DNA of 64,000 nt, taken from Octopus sinensis. Its lineage: Eukaryota. The notes under the pieces were generated by a model. The model was not told where the DNA came from. It worked only from the letters and a program-made list of their open reading frames with translations, and did not search any database. A program made the translations under genes and the position numbers. This document shows positions 39,901 through 54,900 of the stretch, in pieces. Location of the stretch: contig NC_043005.1 of the NCBI RefSeq assembly GCF_006345805.1, positions 93,310,001-93,374,000 of the forward strand, in the 5' to 3' direction. Numbering within the stretch: position 1 is the stretch's first letter; every line of letters begins with the position of its first letter.

Positions 39901-42900
39901 TGTTTCATAAATAAGATGAAGGGCTGAAACGTAACCCAAGAATATACATGATGTTTCATGAAGAAGAAGAAGGCCTTAAACTTAAGCCAAGAAAATACAT
40001 GACGTTTAATGGAGAAGCAGAAGGGCTGAAACATATGCCAAGAATATACATGATATTTCATGAAGAAGCAGAAGGGCTGAAACGTAAGCCAAGAATATAC
40101 ATGATGTTTCATGAATAAGCAGAAGGGCTTAAGCGTAAGCCAAGTATATACGTGATGTTTCATGAAGAAGCAGAAGGGCTGAAACGTAAGCCAAGAATAT
40201 ACATGATGTTCCATGAATAAGTAGAACGGCTGAAACGTAAGCCAAGAATATACATGATGTTTCATAAAGAAGCAGAAGGGCTGAAACGTAAGTCATGAAT
40301 ATACATGATGTTTCATGAAGAAGCAGAAGGGCTGAAACGTAAGCCAAGAATATACATGACATTTCATGGAGAAGCAGAAGGGCTGAAACGTAAGCCAAGA
40401 ATATATATGATGTTTCATGAATAAGATGAAGGGCTGAAACGTAAGCCACGAATATACATGATGTTTCAGGAAGAAGCAGAAGGGCTGAAACGTAAGCCAA
40501 GAATATACATGACGTTTCATGGAGAAGCAGAAGGGCTGAAACGTAAGCCAAGAATATACATGACGTTTCATGAAGAAGCAGATGGGCTGAAACGTAAGCC
40601 AAGAATATCCATGATGTTTCAGGAAGAAGCAGAGGGGCTGAAACGTAAGCCAAGATTTTATATGATGTTTCATGAATAAGCAGAAGGGCTTGAATGTAAG
40701 CCAAGGATATCCATGCTGTTTCATGAATAAGCAGAAGGGCTTGAACGTAAGCCAAGAATATACATGATGTTTCATGAATAAGCAAAAGGGCTGAAACGTA
40801 AGCCAAGAATATATATGATGTTTCATGAATAAGCAGAAGAGCTGAAACGTAAGCCAAGAATATACATGATGTGTCATGAAGATGCAGAAGGGCTGAAACG
40901 TAAGCCAAGAACATACATGACGTTTCATGAATAACCAGAAGGGCTGAAGCGTAAGCCAAGAATATACGTGATGTTTCATGAAGAAGCAGAAGGGCTGAAA
41001 CGTAAGCCAAGAATATACATGATGAGTCATGAATAAGCAGAAGGGCTGAAATGTAAGACAAGAATATACATGATGTTTCATGAATAAGCAGAAGGGCTGA
41101 AGCGTAAGCCAAGAATATACGTGATGTTTCATGAAGAAGCAGAAGGGATGAAACGTAAGCCAAGAATGTACACGATGTTTCATGAAGAAGCAGAAGGGCT
41201 GAAACGTAAGCCAAGAATATACATGATGTTTCATGAAGAAGCAGGAGGGCTGAAACGTAAGGAAAGAATATACATGATGTTTCATAAATAAGCAGAAGGG
41301 CTGGAACGTAAGCCAAAAATATACATGATGTTTCATGAATAAGCAGAAGGGCTGAAACGTAAGCCAAGAATATCCATGATGTTTCATGAAGAAGCAGAAG
41401 GGCTGAAACGTAAGCCAAGAATATCCATGATGTTTCATGAATAAGCGGAAGGGATGAAACGTTAGCCAATTAAATACATGATGTGTCATTAAGAAGCAGA
41501 AGGGCTAAAACGTCACCGAGAATGTCATGATGTTTCATGAAGAAGCAGAAGGGATGAAACTTAAGCCAAGAATATACATGATGTTTCATGAAGAAGCAGA
41601 AGGGCTGAAACGTAAGCCAAGAATATACATGATGTTCCATGAAGAAGCAGAAGGGCTGAAACGTAAGCCAAGAATATACATGATGTTTCATGAAGAAGCA
41701 GAAGGGCTGAAACGTAAGCCAAGAATATACATGATGTTTCATGAATAAGATGAAGGGCTGAAACGTAAGCCAAGAATATACATGATGTTTCATGAAGAAG
41801 CAGAGGGGCTGCAACGTAAGCCAAGAATATACATGACGTCTCATGGAGAAGCAGAAGGGCTTAAACGTAAGCCAAGAATATACATGAAGTTTCATGTAGA
41901 AGCAGAAGTGCTGAAACGTAAGTCATGAATATACATGATATTTCATGAAGAAGCAGAAGGGCTGAAACGTAAGCCAAGAATATCCATGATGTTTCATGAA
42001 GAAACAGAAGGGCTCAAACGTTAGCCAAGTATTTATATGACGTTTCATGAATAAGCAGAAGGGCTTGAACGTAAGCCAAGAATATACATGATGTTTAGAA
42101 ATCACCAGAAGGGCTCAAACGTAAGCCAAGAATATCCATGATGTTTCATGAATAACCAGAAAGGCTGAAACGTAAGCCAAGAATATCCATGATGTTTATA
42201 AATAACCAGAAGGGGTGAAACGTAAGCCAAGAATATACATGATGTTTCATGAAGAAGCAGAAGGGCTGAAACGTAAGCCAAGAATATACATGATGTTCCA
42301 TGAAGAAGCAGAAGGGCTGAAACGTAAGCCAAGAATATACATGATGTTTCATGAAGAAGCAGAAGGGCTGAAGCGTAGGCCAAGAATATACGTGATGATT
42401 CATGAAGAAGCAGAAGGGATGAAACGTGAGCCAAGAATATCCATGATGTTTCACGAAGAAGCAGAAGGGATGAAACGTAAGCCAAGAATATCCATGATGT
42501 TTCATGAAGAAGCAGAAGGGATGAAACGTAAGTCAAGAATATCCATGATGTTTCATGAAGAAGCAGAAGGGCTGAAACGTAAGCCTAGAAAATCCATAAT
42601 GTTTCATGAAGAAGCAGAAGGGCTGAAACGTAAGCCAAGAATATACATGATGTTTCATGAAGAAGCAGAAGGGCTGAAACATAAGCCAAGAATATACATG
42701 ATGTTTCATGAAGAAGCAAAAGGGCTGAAACGTAAGCCAAGAATATCCATGATGTTTCATGAATAAGCAGAAGGGCTGAAACGTAAGCCAAGAATATACA
42801 TGATGTTTCATGAAGAAGCAGAATGGCTGAAACGTAAGCCACGAATATACGTGATGTTTCATGAATAAGCACAAGGGCTGAAAGGTAAGCCAAGAATATC

Positions 42901-45900
42901 CATGATGTTTCATGAAGAAGCAGAAGGGCTGAAACGTAAGCCAAGAATATCCATAATGTTTCATAAATAAGCAGAAGGGCTGGAACGTAAGCCAAGAATA
43001 TACATGATGTTTCATGAATAAACAGAAGGGCTGAAACGTAAGCCAACAATATCCATGATGTTTCATGAAGAAGCAGAAGGGCTGAAACGTAAGCCAAGAA
43101 TATCCATGATGTTTCATGAATAAGCAGAAGGGATGAAACGTCAGCCAATTAAATACATGATGTGTCATGAAGAAGCAGAAGGGCTAACACGTCACCCGAG
43201 AATATCCATGATGTTTCATGAAGAAGCAGAAGGGCTGAAACGTAAGCCAAGAATATACATGATGTTTCATGAATAAGATGAAGGGCTGAAACGTAAGCCA
43301 AGAATATACATGATGTTTCATGAAGAAGCAGAAGGGGTGAAACGTAAGCCAAGAATATACATGACGTTTCATGGAGAAGCAGAAGGGCTTAAACGTAAGC
43401 CAAGAATATACATGATGTTTCATGAAGAAGCAGAAGGGCTGAAACGTAAGCCAAGAATATACATGATGTTTCATGAATAAGCAGAAGGGCTTATGCGTAA
43501 GCCAAGAATATACGTGATGTTTCATGAAGTAGCAGAAGGGATGAAACGTAAGTCAAGAATATCCATGATGTTTCATGAAGAAGCAGAAGGGCTGAAACGT
43601 AAGCCTAGAAAATCCATGATGTTTCATGAAGAAGCAGAAGGGCTGAAACGTAAGCCAAGAATATACATGATGTTTCATGAACAAGCAGAAGGGCTGAAAC
43701 ATAAGCCAAGAATATACATGATGTTTCATGAAGAAGCAAAAGGGCTGAAACGTAAGCCAAGAATATCCATGATGTTTATAAATAACCAGAAGGGGTGAAA
43801 CGTAAGCCAAGAATATACATGATGTTTCATGAATAAGCAGAAGGGCTGAAACGTAAGCCAAGAATATACATGATGTTTCATGAATAAGCACGAGGGCTGA
43901 AAGGTAAGCCAAGATTATCCATGATGTTTCTAAAAGAAGCAGAAGGGCTGAAACGTAAGCCAAGAATATCCATGATGTTTCATAAATAAGCAGAAGGGCT
44001 GGAACGTAAGCCAAGAATATACATGATGTTTCATGAATAAGCAGAAGGGCTGAAACGTAAGCCAAGAATATCCATGATGTGTCATGAAGAAGCAGAAGGG
44101 CTGAAACGTAAGCCAAGAATATCCATGTTGTTTCATGAATAAGCAGAAGGGATGAAACGTAAGCCAAGTATATACCTGATGTTTCATGAAGAAGCAGAAG
44201 GGCTGAAACGTAAGCCAAGAATATACATGATGTTTCATGAAGAAGCAGAAGGGCTGAAACGTAAGCCAAGTATATACATGATGTTTCATAAATAAGATGA
44301 AGGGCTGAAACGTAACCCAAGAATATACATGATGTTTCATGAAGAAGCAGAAGGCCTGAAACTTAAGCCAAGAAAATACATGACGTTTAATGGAGAAGCA
44401 GAAGGGCTGAAACGTATGCCAAGTATATACATGATATTTCATGAAGAAGCAGAAGGGCTGAAAAGTAAGCCAAGAATATACATGATGTTCCATGAATAAG
44501 TAGAACGGCTGAAACGTAAGCCAAGAATATACATGATGTTTCATGAAGAAGCAGAAGGGCTGAAACGTAAGTCATGAATATACATGATGTTTCATGAAGA
44601 AGCAGAAGGGCTGAAACGTAAGCCAAGAATATACATGACGTTTCATGGAGAAGCAGAAGGGCTGAAACGTAAGCCAAGAATATATATGATGTTTCATGAT
44701 GAAAGATGAAGGCTGAAACGTAAGCCAAGAATATACATGATGTTTCAGGAAGAAGCAGAAGGGCTGAAACGTAAGCCAAGAATATACATGACGTTTCATG
44801 GAGAAGCAGAAGGGCTGAAACGTAAGCCAAGAATATACATGATGTTTCATGAAGAAGCAGATGGGCTGAAACGTAAGCCAAGAATATCCATGATGTTTCA
44901 GGAAGAAGCAGAGGGGCTGAAACGTAAGCCAAGATTTTATATGATGTTTCATGAATAAGCAGAAGGGCTGAAGTAAGCCAAGAATATCCATGCTGTTGTT
45001 TCATGAATAAGCAGAAGGGCTTGAACGTAAGCCAAGAATATACAAATGTTTCATGAATAAGCAAAAGGGCTGAAACGTAAGCCAAGAATATATATGATGT
45101 TTCATGAATAAGCAGAAGAGCTGAAACGTAAGCCAAGAATATACATGATGTTTCATGAAGAAGCAGAAGGGCTGAAACGTAAGCCAAGAATATACATGAT
45201 GTTTCATGAATAAGCAGAAGGGCTGAAACGTAAGCCAAGAATATCCATGATGTTTCATGAAGAAACAGAAGGGCTCAAACGTTAGCCAAGTATTTATATG
45301 ACGTTTCATGAATAAGCAGAAGGGCTTGAACGTAAGCCAAGAATATACATGATGTTTAGAAATCACCAGAAGGGCTCAAACGTAAGCCAAGAATATCCAT
45401 GATGTTTCATGAATAACCAGAAAGGCTGAAACGTAAGCCAAGAATATCCATGATGTTTATAAATAACCAGAAGGGGTGAAACGTAAGCCAAGAATATACA
45501 TGATGTTTCATGAAGAAGCAGAAGGGCTGAAACGTAAGCCAAGAATATACATGATGTTCCATGAAGAAGCAGAAGGGCTGAAACGTAAGCCAAGAATATA
45601 CATGATGTTTCATGAAGAAGCAGAAGGGCTGAAGCGTAGGCCAAGAATATACGTGATGATTCATGAAGAAGCAGAAGGGATGAAACGTGAGCCAAGAATA
45701 TCCATGATGTTTCACGAAGAAGCAGAAGGGATGAAACGTAAGCCAAGAATATCCATGATGTTTCATGAAGAAGCAGAAGGGCTGAAACGTAAGCCAAGAA
45801 TATCCATGATGTTTCATGAATAAGCAGAAGGGCTGAAACGTAAGCCAAGAATATACATGATGTTTCATGAAGAAGCAGAATGGCTGAAACGTAAGCCACG

Positions 45901-48900
45901 AATATACGTGATGTTTCATGAATAAGCACAAGGGCTGAAAGGTAAGCCAAGAATATCCATGATGTTTCATGAAGAAGCAGAAGGGCTGAAACGTAAGCCA
46001 AGAATATCCATAATGTTTCATAAATAAGCAGAAGGGCTGGAACGTAAGCCAAGAATATACATGATGTTTCATGAATAAACAGAAGGGCTGAAACGTAAGC
46101 CAACAATATCCATGATGTTTCATGAAGAAGCAGAAGGGCTGAAACGTAAGCCAAGAATATCCATGATGTTTCATGAATAAGCAGAAGGGCTGAAACGTAA
46201 GCCAAGAAATACATGATGTGTCATGAAGAAGCAGAAGGGCTAACACGTAAGCCAGAGAATATCCATGATGTTTCATGAAGAAGCAGAAGGGCTGAAACGT
46301 AAGCCAAGAATATACATGATGTTTCATGAATAAGATGAAGGGCTGAAACGTAAGCCAAGAATATACATGATGTTTCATGAAGAAGCAGAAGGGGTGAAAC
46401 GTAAGCCAAGAATATACATGACGTTTCTGGATAAAGAAGCAGAAGGGCTTAAACGTAAGCCAAGAATATACATGATGTTTCATGAAGAAGCAGAAGGGCT
46501 GAAACGTAAGCCAAGAATATACATGATGTTTCATGAATAAGCAGAAGGGCTTATGCGTAAGCCAAGAATATACGTGATGTTTCATGAAGTAGCAGAAGGG
46601 ATGAAACGTAAGTCAAGAATATCCATGATGTTTCATGAAGAAGCAGAAGGGCTGAAACGTAAGCCTAGAAAATCCATGATGTTTCATGAAGAAGCAGAAG
46701 GGCTGAAACGTAAGCCAAGAATACATGATGTTTCATGTATGAACAAGCAGAAGGGCTGAAACATAAGCCAAGAATATACATGATGTTTCATGAAGAAGCA
46801 AAGGGCTGAAACGTAAGCCAAGAATATCCATGATGTTTATAAATAACCAGAAGGGGTGAAACGTAAGCCAAGAATATACATGATGTTTCATGAATAAGCA
46901 GAAGGGCTGAAACGTAAGCCAAGAATATACATGATGTTTCATGAATAAGCACGAGGGCTGAAAGGTAAGCCAAGATTATCCATGATGTTTCAAAGAAGCA
47001 GAAGGGCTGAAACGTAAGCCAAGAATATCCATGATGTTTCATAAATAAGCAGAAGGCTGGAACGTAACCAAGAATATACATGATGTTTCATGAATAAGCA
47101 GAAGGGCTGAAACGTAAGCCAAGAATATCCATGATGTTTCATGAAGAAGCAGAGGGCTGAAACGTAAGCCAAGAATATCCATGTTGTTTCATGAATAAGC
47201 AGAAGGGATGAAACGTAAGCCAAGTAATATACTGATGTTTCATGAAGAAGCAGAAGGGCTGAAACGTAAGCCAAGAATATACATGATGTTTCATGAAGAA
47301 GCAGAAGGGCTGAAACGTAAGCCAAGTATATACATGATGTTTCATGAATAAGAGAAGGGCTGAAACGTAACCAAGATATACATGATGTTTCATGAAGAAG
47401 CAGAAGGCCTGAAACTTAAGCCAAGAAAATACATCGTTTTATGAAGAAGCAGAAGGGCTGAAACGTATGCCAAGTATATACATGATATTTCATGAAGAAG
47501 CAGAAGGGCTGAAAAGTAAGCCAAGAATATACATGATGTTCCATGAATAAGTAGAACGGCTGAAACGTAAGCCAAGAATATACATGATGTTTCATGAAGA
47601 AGCAGAAGGGCTGAAACGTAAGTCATGAATATACATGATGTTTCATGAAGAAGCAGAAGGGCTGAAACGTAAGCCAAGAATATACATGACGTTTCATGGA
47701 GAAGCAGAAGGGCTGAAACGTAAGCCAAGAATATATATGATGTTTCATGAATAAGATGAAGGGCTGAAACGTAAGCCAAGAATATACATGATGTTTCAGG
47801 AAGAAGCAGAAGGGCTGAAACGTAAGCCAAGAATATACATGACGTTTCATGGAGAAGCAGAAGGGCTGAAACGTAAGCCAAGAATATACATGATGTTTCA
47901 TGAAGAAGCAGATGGGCTGAAACGTAAGCCAAGAATATCCATGATGTTTCAGGAAGAAGCAGAGGGGCTGAAACGTAAGCCAAGATTTTATATGATGTTT
48001 CATGAATAAGCAGAAGGGCTTGAATGTAAGCCAAGGATATCCATGCTGTTTCATGAATAAGCAGAAGGCTTGAACGTAAGCCAAGAATATACATGATGTT
48101 TCATAATAAGCAAAAGGGCTGAAACGTAAGCCAAGAATATATATGATGTTTCATGAATAAGCAGAAGAGCTGAAACGTAAGCCAAGATATACATGATGTG
48201 TCATGAAGATGCAGAGAGGGCTGAAACGTAAGCCAGAATATACATGATGTTTCATGAATAACCAGAAGGGCTGAAGCGTAAGCCAAGAATATACGTGATG
48301 TTTCATGAAGAAGCAGAAGGGCTGAAACGTAAGCCAAGAATATACATGATGAGTCATGAATAAGCAGAAGGGCTGAAACGTAAGACAAGAATATACATGA
48401 TGTTTCATGAATAAGCAGAAGGGCTGAAGCGTAAGCCAAGAATATACGTGATGTTTCATGAAGAAGCAGAAGGGATGAAACGTAAGCCAAGAATGTACAC
48501 GATGTTTCATGAAGAAGCAGAAGGGCTGAAACGTAAGCCAAGAATATACATGATGTTCCATGAATAAACAGACGGGCTGAAACGTAAGCCAAGAATATAC
48601 ATGATGTTTCATGGAGAAGCAGGAGGGCTGAAACGTAAGCCAAGAATATACATGATGTTTCATAAATAAGCAGAAGGGCTGGAACGTAAGCCAAAAATAT
48701 ACATGATGTTTCATGAATAAGCAGAAGGGCTGAAACGTAAGCCAAGAATATCCATGATGTTTCATGAAGAAGCAGAAGGGCTGAAACGTAAGCCAAGAAT
48801 ATCCATGATGTTTCATGAATAAGCGGAAGGGATGAAACGTTAGCCAATTAAATACATGATGTGTCATTAAGAAGCAGAAGGGCTAAAACGTCACCCGAGA

Positions 48901-51900
48901 ATGTCCATGATGTTTCATGAAGAAGCAGAAGGGATGAAACTTAAGCCAAGAATATACATGATGTTTCATGAAGAAGCAGAAGGGCTGAAACGTAAGCCAA
49001 GAATATACATGATGTTCCATGATGAAGCAGAAGGGCTGAAACGTAAGCCAAGAATATACATGATGTTTCATGAAGAAGCAGAAGGGCTGAAACGTAAGCC
49101 AAGAATATACATGTTTTCATGAATAAATGAAGGGCTGAAACGTAAGCCAAGAATATACATGATGTTTCATGAAGAAGCAGAAGGGCTGCAACGTAAGCCA
49201 AGAATATACATGACGTCTCATGGAGAAGCAGAAGGGCTTAAACGTAAGCCAAGAATATACATGAAGTTTCATGTAGAAGCAGAAGGCTGAAACGTAAGTC
49301 ATGATATACATGATATTTCATGAAGAAGCAGAAGGGCTGAAACGTAAGCAAGAATATCCATGATGTTTCATGAAGAAACAGAAGGGCTGAAACGTTAGCC
49401 AAGAATTTATATGACGTTTCATGAATAAGCAGAAGGGCTTGAACGTAAGCCAAGAATATACATGATATTTAGAAATCACCAGAAGGGCTCAAACGTAAGC
49501 CAAGAATATCCATGATGTTTCATGAATAACCAGAAAGGCTGAAACGTAAGCCAAGAATATCCATGATGTTTATAAATAACCAGAAGGGGTGAAACGTAAG
49601 CCAAGAATATACATGATGTTTCATGAAGAAGCAGAAGGGCTGAAACGTAAGTCATGAATATACATGATGTTTCATGAAGAAGCAGAAGGCTGAAACGTAA
49701 GCCAAGAATATACATGATGTTTCATGGAGAAGCAGAAGGGCTGAAACGTACCAAGAATATATATGATGTTTCATGAATAGAAGAGAAGGGCTGAACGTAA
49801 GCCAAGAATATACATGATGTTTCATGAAGAAGCAGAAGGGCTGAAACGTAAGCCAAGAATATACATGACGTTTCATGAGAAGCAGAAGGGCTGAACGTAA
49901 GCCAAGAATATACATGATGTTTCATGAATAAGCAGAAGGGCTGAAACGTAAGCCAAGAATATACATGATGTTTCATGAGAAGCAGAAGGGCTGAAACGTA
50001 AGCCAAGATATACATGATGTTTCATGAAAAAGCAGAAGGGCTGAAACGTAAGCCAAGAATATACATGATGTTTCATGAAGAAGCAGAGGGCTGAAACGTA
50101 AGCCAAGAATATACATGATGTTTCATAAATAAGCAGAAGGGCTGGAACGTAAGCCAAAATATACATGATGTTTCATGAATAAGCAAGGGCTGAAACGTAA
50201 GCCAAGAATATCCATGATGTTTCATGAAGAAGCAGAAGGGCTGAAACGTAAGCCAAGATATCCATGATGTTTCATGAATAAGCAGAAGGGATGAAACGTA
50301 GCCAATTAATACATGATGTGTCATGAAGAAGCAGAAGGGCAAAACGTCACCCGAGAATGTCCATGATGTTCATGAAGAAGCAGAAGGGCTGAAACGTAAG
50401 CAAGAATATACATGATGTTTCATGAAGAAGGCAGAAGGGCTGAAACGTAGCCAAGAATATACATGATGTTCCATGAAGAAGCAGAAGGGCTGAAACTAAG
50501 CCAAGAATATCCATGATGTTTCATGAAGAAGCAGAAGGGCTGAAACGTAAGCCAAGAATATACATGATGTTTCATGAATAAGAGAAGGGCTGAAACGTAA
50601 GCCAAGAATATACATGATGTTTCATGAAGAAGCAGAAGGGCTGAAACGTAAGCCAAGAATATACATGATGTTTCATGAGAAGCAGAGGGCTGAAACGTAA
50701 GCCAAGAATATACTGATGTTTCATGAAGAAGCAGAAGGGCTGAAACGTAAGCCAAGAATATACATGATGTTTCATGAAAAGCAGAAGGGCTGAAACGTAA
50801 GCCAAGAATATACATGATGTTTCATGAAGAAGCAGAAGGGCTGAACGTTAGCCAAGAATATCATGATGTTTCATGAATAAGCAGAAGGGCTGAAACGTAG
50901 CCAGAATATACATGATGTTTGTTGAATACCAGAAGGGCTGAAACGTACCAAGAATATACATGATGTTTCATGAATAAGCAGAAGGCTGAAACGTAAGCAG
51001 AATATACATGATGTTTCATGAATAAGCAGAAGGGCTGAAACGTAAGCCAGATATACATGATGTTTCATGAAAAGCAGAAGGGCTGAAACGTAAGCCAAGA
51101 ATATACATGATGTTCATGAGACAGAAGGGCTGAAACGTAAGCCAAGAATATACATGATGTTTCATGAAGCAGAAGGGCTGAAACGTAAGCCAAAATATAC
51201 ATGATGTTTCATGAAGAAGCAGAGGGCTGAAACGTAAGCCAAGAATATCCATGATGTTTCATGAAGAAGCAGAAGGGCTGAAACGTAAGCCAAGAATATA
51301 CATGATGTTTCATGAAGAAGCAGAAGGGCTGAAACGTAAGCCAAGAATATCCATGATGTTTCATGAATAAGCAGAAGGGCTGAAACGTAAGCCAAGAATA
51401 TACATGATGTTTCATGAAGAAGCAGAATGGCTGAAACGTAAGCCAAGAATATACATGATGTTTCATGAATAAGCAGAAGGGCTGAAACGTAAGCCAAGAA
51501 TATACATGTTGTTTCATGAAGAAGCAGAAGGGCTGAAACGTAAGCCAAGAATATACATGATGTTTCATAATAAGCAGAAGGGCTGAAACGTAAGCCAAGA
51601 ATATACATGATGTTTCATGAAGAAACAGAAGGGCTGAACGTAAGCCAAGAATATACATGATGTTTCATGAAGAAGCAGAAGGGCTGAAACGTAAGCCAAG
51701 ATATACATGAATGTTTCATGAATAAGCAGAAGGGCTGAACGTAAGCCAAGTAATATACATGATTTTCATGAAGGCAAAGAGGCTAAAACGTAAGCCAAGA
51801 ATATCCATGATGTTTCATGAAGAAGCAGAAGGGCTGAAACGTAAGCCAAGATATACATGATGTTTCATGAATAAGATGAAGGGCTGAAACGTAAGCCAAG

Positions 51901-54900
51901 AATATACATGATGTTTCCAAGATCATAGAAGGCAGAAGGGGTGAAACGTAAGCCAAGAATATCCATGATGTTTCATGAAGAAGCAGAAGGGCTGAAACGT
52001 AAGCCAGAAATACATGATTTTCTGAAGAAGCAGAAGGGCTGAAACGTAAGCCAAGAATACATGATGTTTCATGAATAAGCAGAAGGGCTGAAACGTAAGC
52101 CAAGAATATACATGATGTTCATGATGAAGCAGAAGGGATGAAACGTAAGCCAAAAATATACATGATGTTTCATGAATAGCAGAAGGGCTGAAACGTAAGC
52201 CAAAAATATACATGATGTTTCATGAAGAAGCAGAAGGGCTCAAACGTAAGCCAAGAATATACATGACGTTTCATGGAGAAGCAGAAGGGCTTAAACGTAA
52301 GCCAAGAATATACATGATGTTTCATGAAGAAGCAGAAGGGCTGAAACGTAAGCCAAGAATATACATGATGTTTCATGAATAAGCAGAAGGGCTGAAGCGT
52401 AAGCCGAGAATATACGTGATGTTTCATGAAGAAGCAGAAGGGATGAAACGTAAGCCAAGAATATCCATGATGTTTCATGAATAAGCAGAAGGGCTGAAAC
52501 GTAAGCCAAGAAAATCCATGATGTTTCATGAAGAAGCAGAAGGGCTGAAACGTAAGCCAAGAACATACATGATGTTTCATGAATAAGCACAAGGGCTGAA
52601 AGGTAAGCCAAGACTATCCATGATGTTTCTAGAAGAAGCAGAAGGGCTGAAACGTAAGCCAAGAATATCCATGATGTTTCATAAATAAGCAGAAGGGCTG
52701 GAACCTAAGCCAAGAATATCCATGATGTGTCATGAAGAAGCAGAAGGGCTGACACGTCAGCCAAGAATATCCATGTTGTTTCATGAATAAGCAGAAGGGA
52801 TGAAACGTAAGCCAAGAATATACCTGATGTTTCATGGAGAAGCAGAAGGGCTGAAACGTCAGCCAAGAATATCCATGATGTTTCATGAAGAAGCAGAAGG
52901 GCTGAAACGTAACCCAGGAATATACATGATGTTTCATGAATAACCAGAAGGGCTGAAACATAAGCCAAGAATATACATGATGTTTCATGAATAAGCAGAA
53001 GGGCTGAAACGTAAGCCTAGAATATACATGATGTTTCATGAATAAGCAGAAGGGCTGAAATGTAAGCCAAGAATATACATGATGTTTCATGAATAGGCAG
53101 AACGGCTGAAACGTAAGTCAAGAATATTTATGATGTTTCATGAATAAGATGAGGGGCCGAAACTTAAGCCAAGAATATACATGATGTGTCATGTATAACC
53201 AGAAGGGCTGAAACGTAAGCCAAGAATATACATGACGTATCATGAATAAGCAGAAGGGCTGAAACGTAAGTCAAGAATATTCATGATGTTTCATGAAGAA
53301 GCAGAAGGGCTGAACCCTAAGCCAAGAATATACATGATGTTTCATGAATAAGCAGAAGGGCTGAAACATAAGCCTAGATTGTACATGATGTCTCATGAAT
53401 AAGCAGAAGGGATAAAACGTAAGCCAAGAATATACATGATGTTTCATGAAGAAGCAGAAGGGCTGAAACATAAGCCAAGAATATACATGATGTTTCATGA
53501 ATAGGCCGAACGGCTGAAACGTAAGTCAAGAATATACATGATGTTTCATGAATAAGCAGAAGGGCTGAAACATAAGCCAAGAATATACATGATGTCTCAT
53601 GAATAAGCAGAAGGGCTGAAACATAAGCCAAGAATATACCTGATGTTTCATGAATAAGCAGAAGGGCTGAAACATAAGCCAAGAATATACATGATGTTTC
53701 ATGAAGAAGCAGAAGGGCTGAAACGTAAGCCAAGAATATACATGATGTTTCATGAATAGGCAGAAGGGCTGAAACATAAGCCAAGTATATACATGATGTT
53801 TCATGAAGAAGCAGAAGGGCTGAACCCTAAGCCAAGAATATACATGATGTTTCATGAATAAGCAGAAGGGCTGAAACATAAGCCTAGAATGTACATGATG
53901 TCTCATGAATAAGCAGAAGGGATAACACGTAAGCCAAGAATATACATGATGTTTCATGAAGAAGCAGAAGGGCTGAAACATAAGCCAAGAATATACATGA
54001 TGTTTCATGAAGAAGCAGAAGGGCTGAAACGTAAGCCAAGAATATACATGATGTTTCATGAATAGGCAGAACGGCTGAAACGTAAGTCAAGTATATACAT
54101 GATGTTTCATGAATAAGCAGAAGGGCTGAAACATAAACCAAGAATATACATGATGTTTCATGAATAAGCAGAAGGGCTGAAACATAAGCCTAGAATGTAC
54201 ATGATGTCTCATGAATAAGCACGAGGGCTGAAACGTAAGCCAAGAATATCCATGATGTTTCATGAATAACGAGAAGGGCTGAAACGTAAGCCAAGAATAT
54301 CCATGATGTTTCATGAAGAAGCAGAAGGGCTGAAACGTAAGCCAAGAATATACATGATGTTTCATGAATAAGCAGAAGGGCTGAAACATAAGCCTAGAAT
54401 GTACATGATGTCTCATGAATAAGCACGAGGGATAAAACGTAAGCCAAGAATATCCATGATGTTTCATGAATAACCAGAAGGGCTGAAACGTAAGCCAAGA
54501 ATATCCATGATGTTTCATGAAGAAGCAGAAGGGCTGAAACGTAAGCCAAGAATATACATGATGTTTCATGAATAGGCAGAACGGCTGAAATGTAAGTCAA
54601 GAATATACATGATGTTTCATGAATAAGCAGAAGGGCTGAAACATAAGCCAAGAATATACATGATGTCTCATGAATAAGCAGAAGGGCTGAAACATAAGCC
54701 AAGAATATACATGATGTTTCATGAATAAGCAGAAGGGCTGAAACATAAGCCAAGAATATACATGAAGTTTCATGAATAAGATGAAGGGCTGAAACATAAG
54801 CCAAGAATATACATGATGTTTCATGAATAAGCAGAAGGGCTGAAACATAAGCCAAGAATATACATGATGTTTCATGAATAAGCAGAAGGGCTGAAACATA

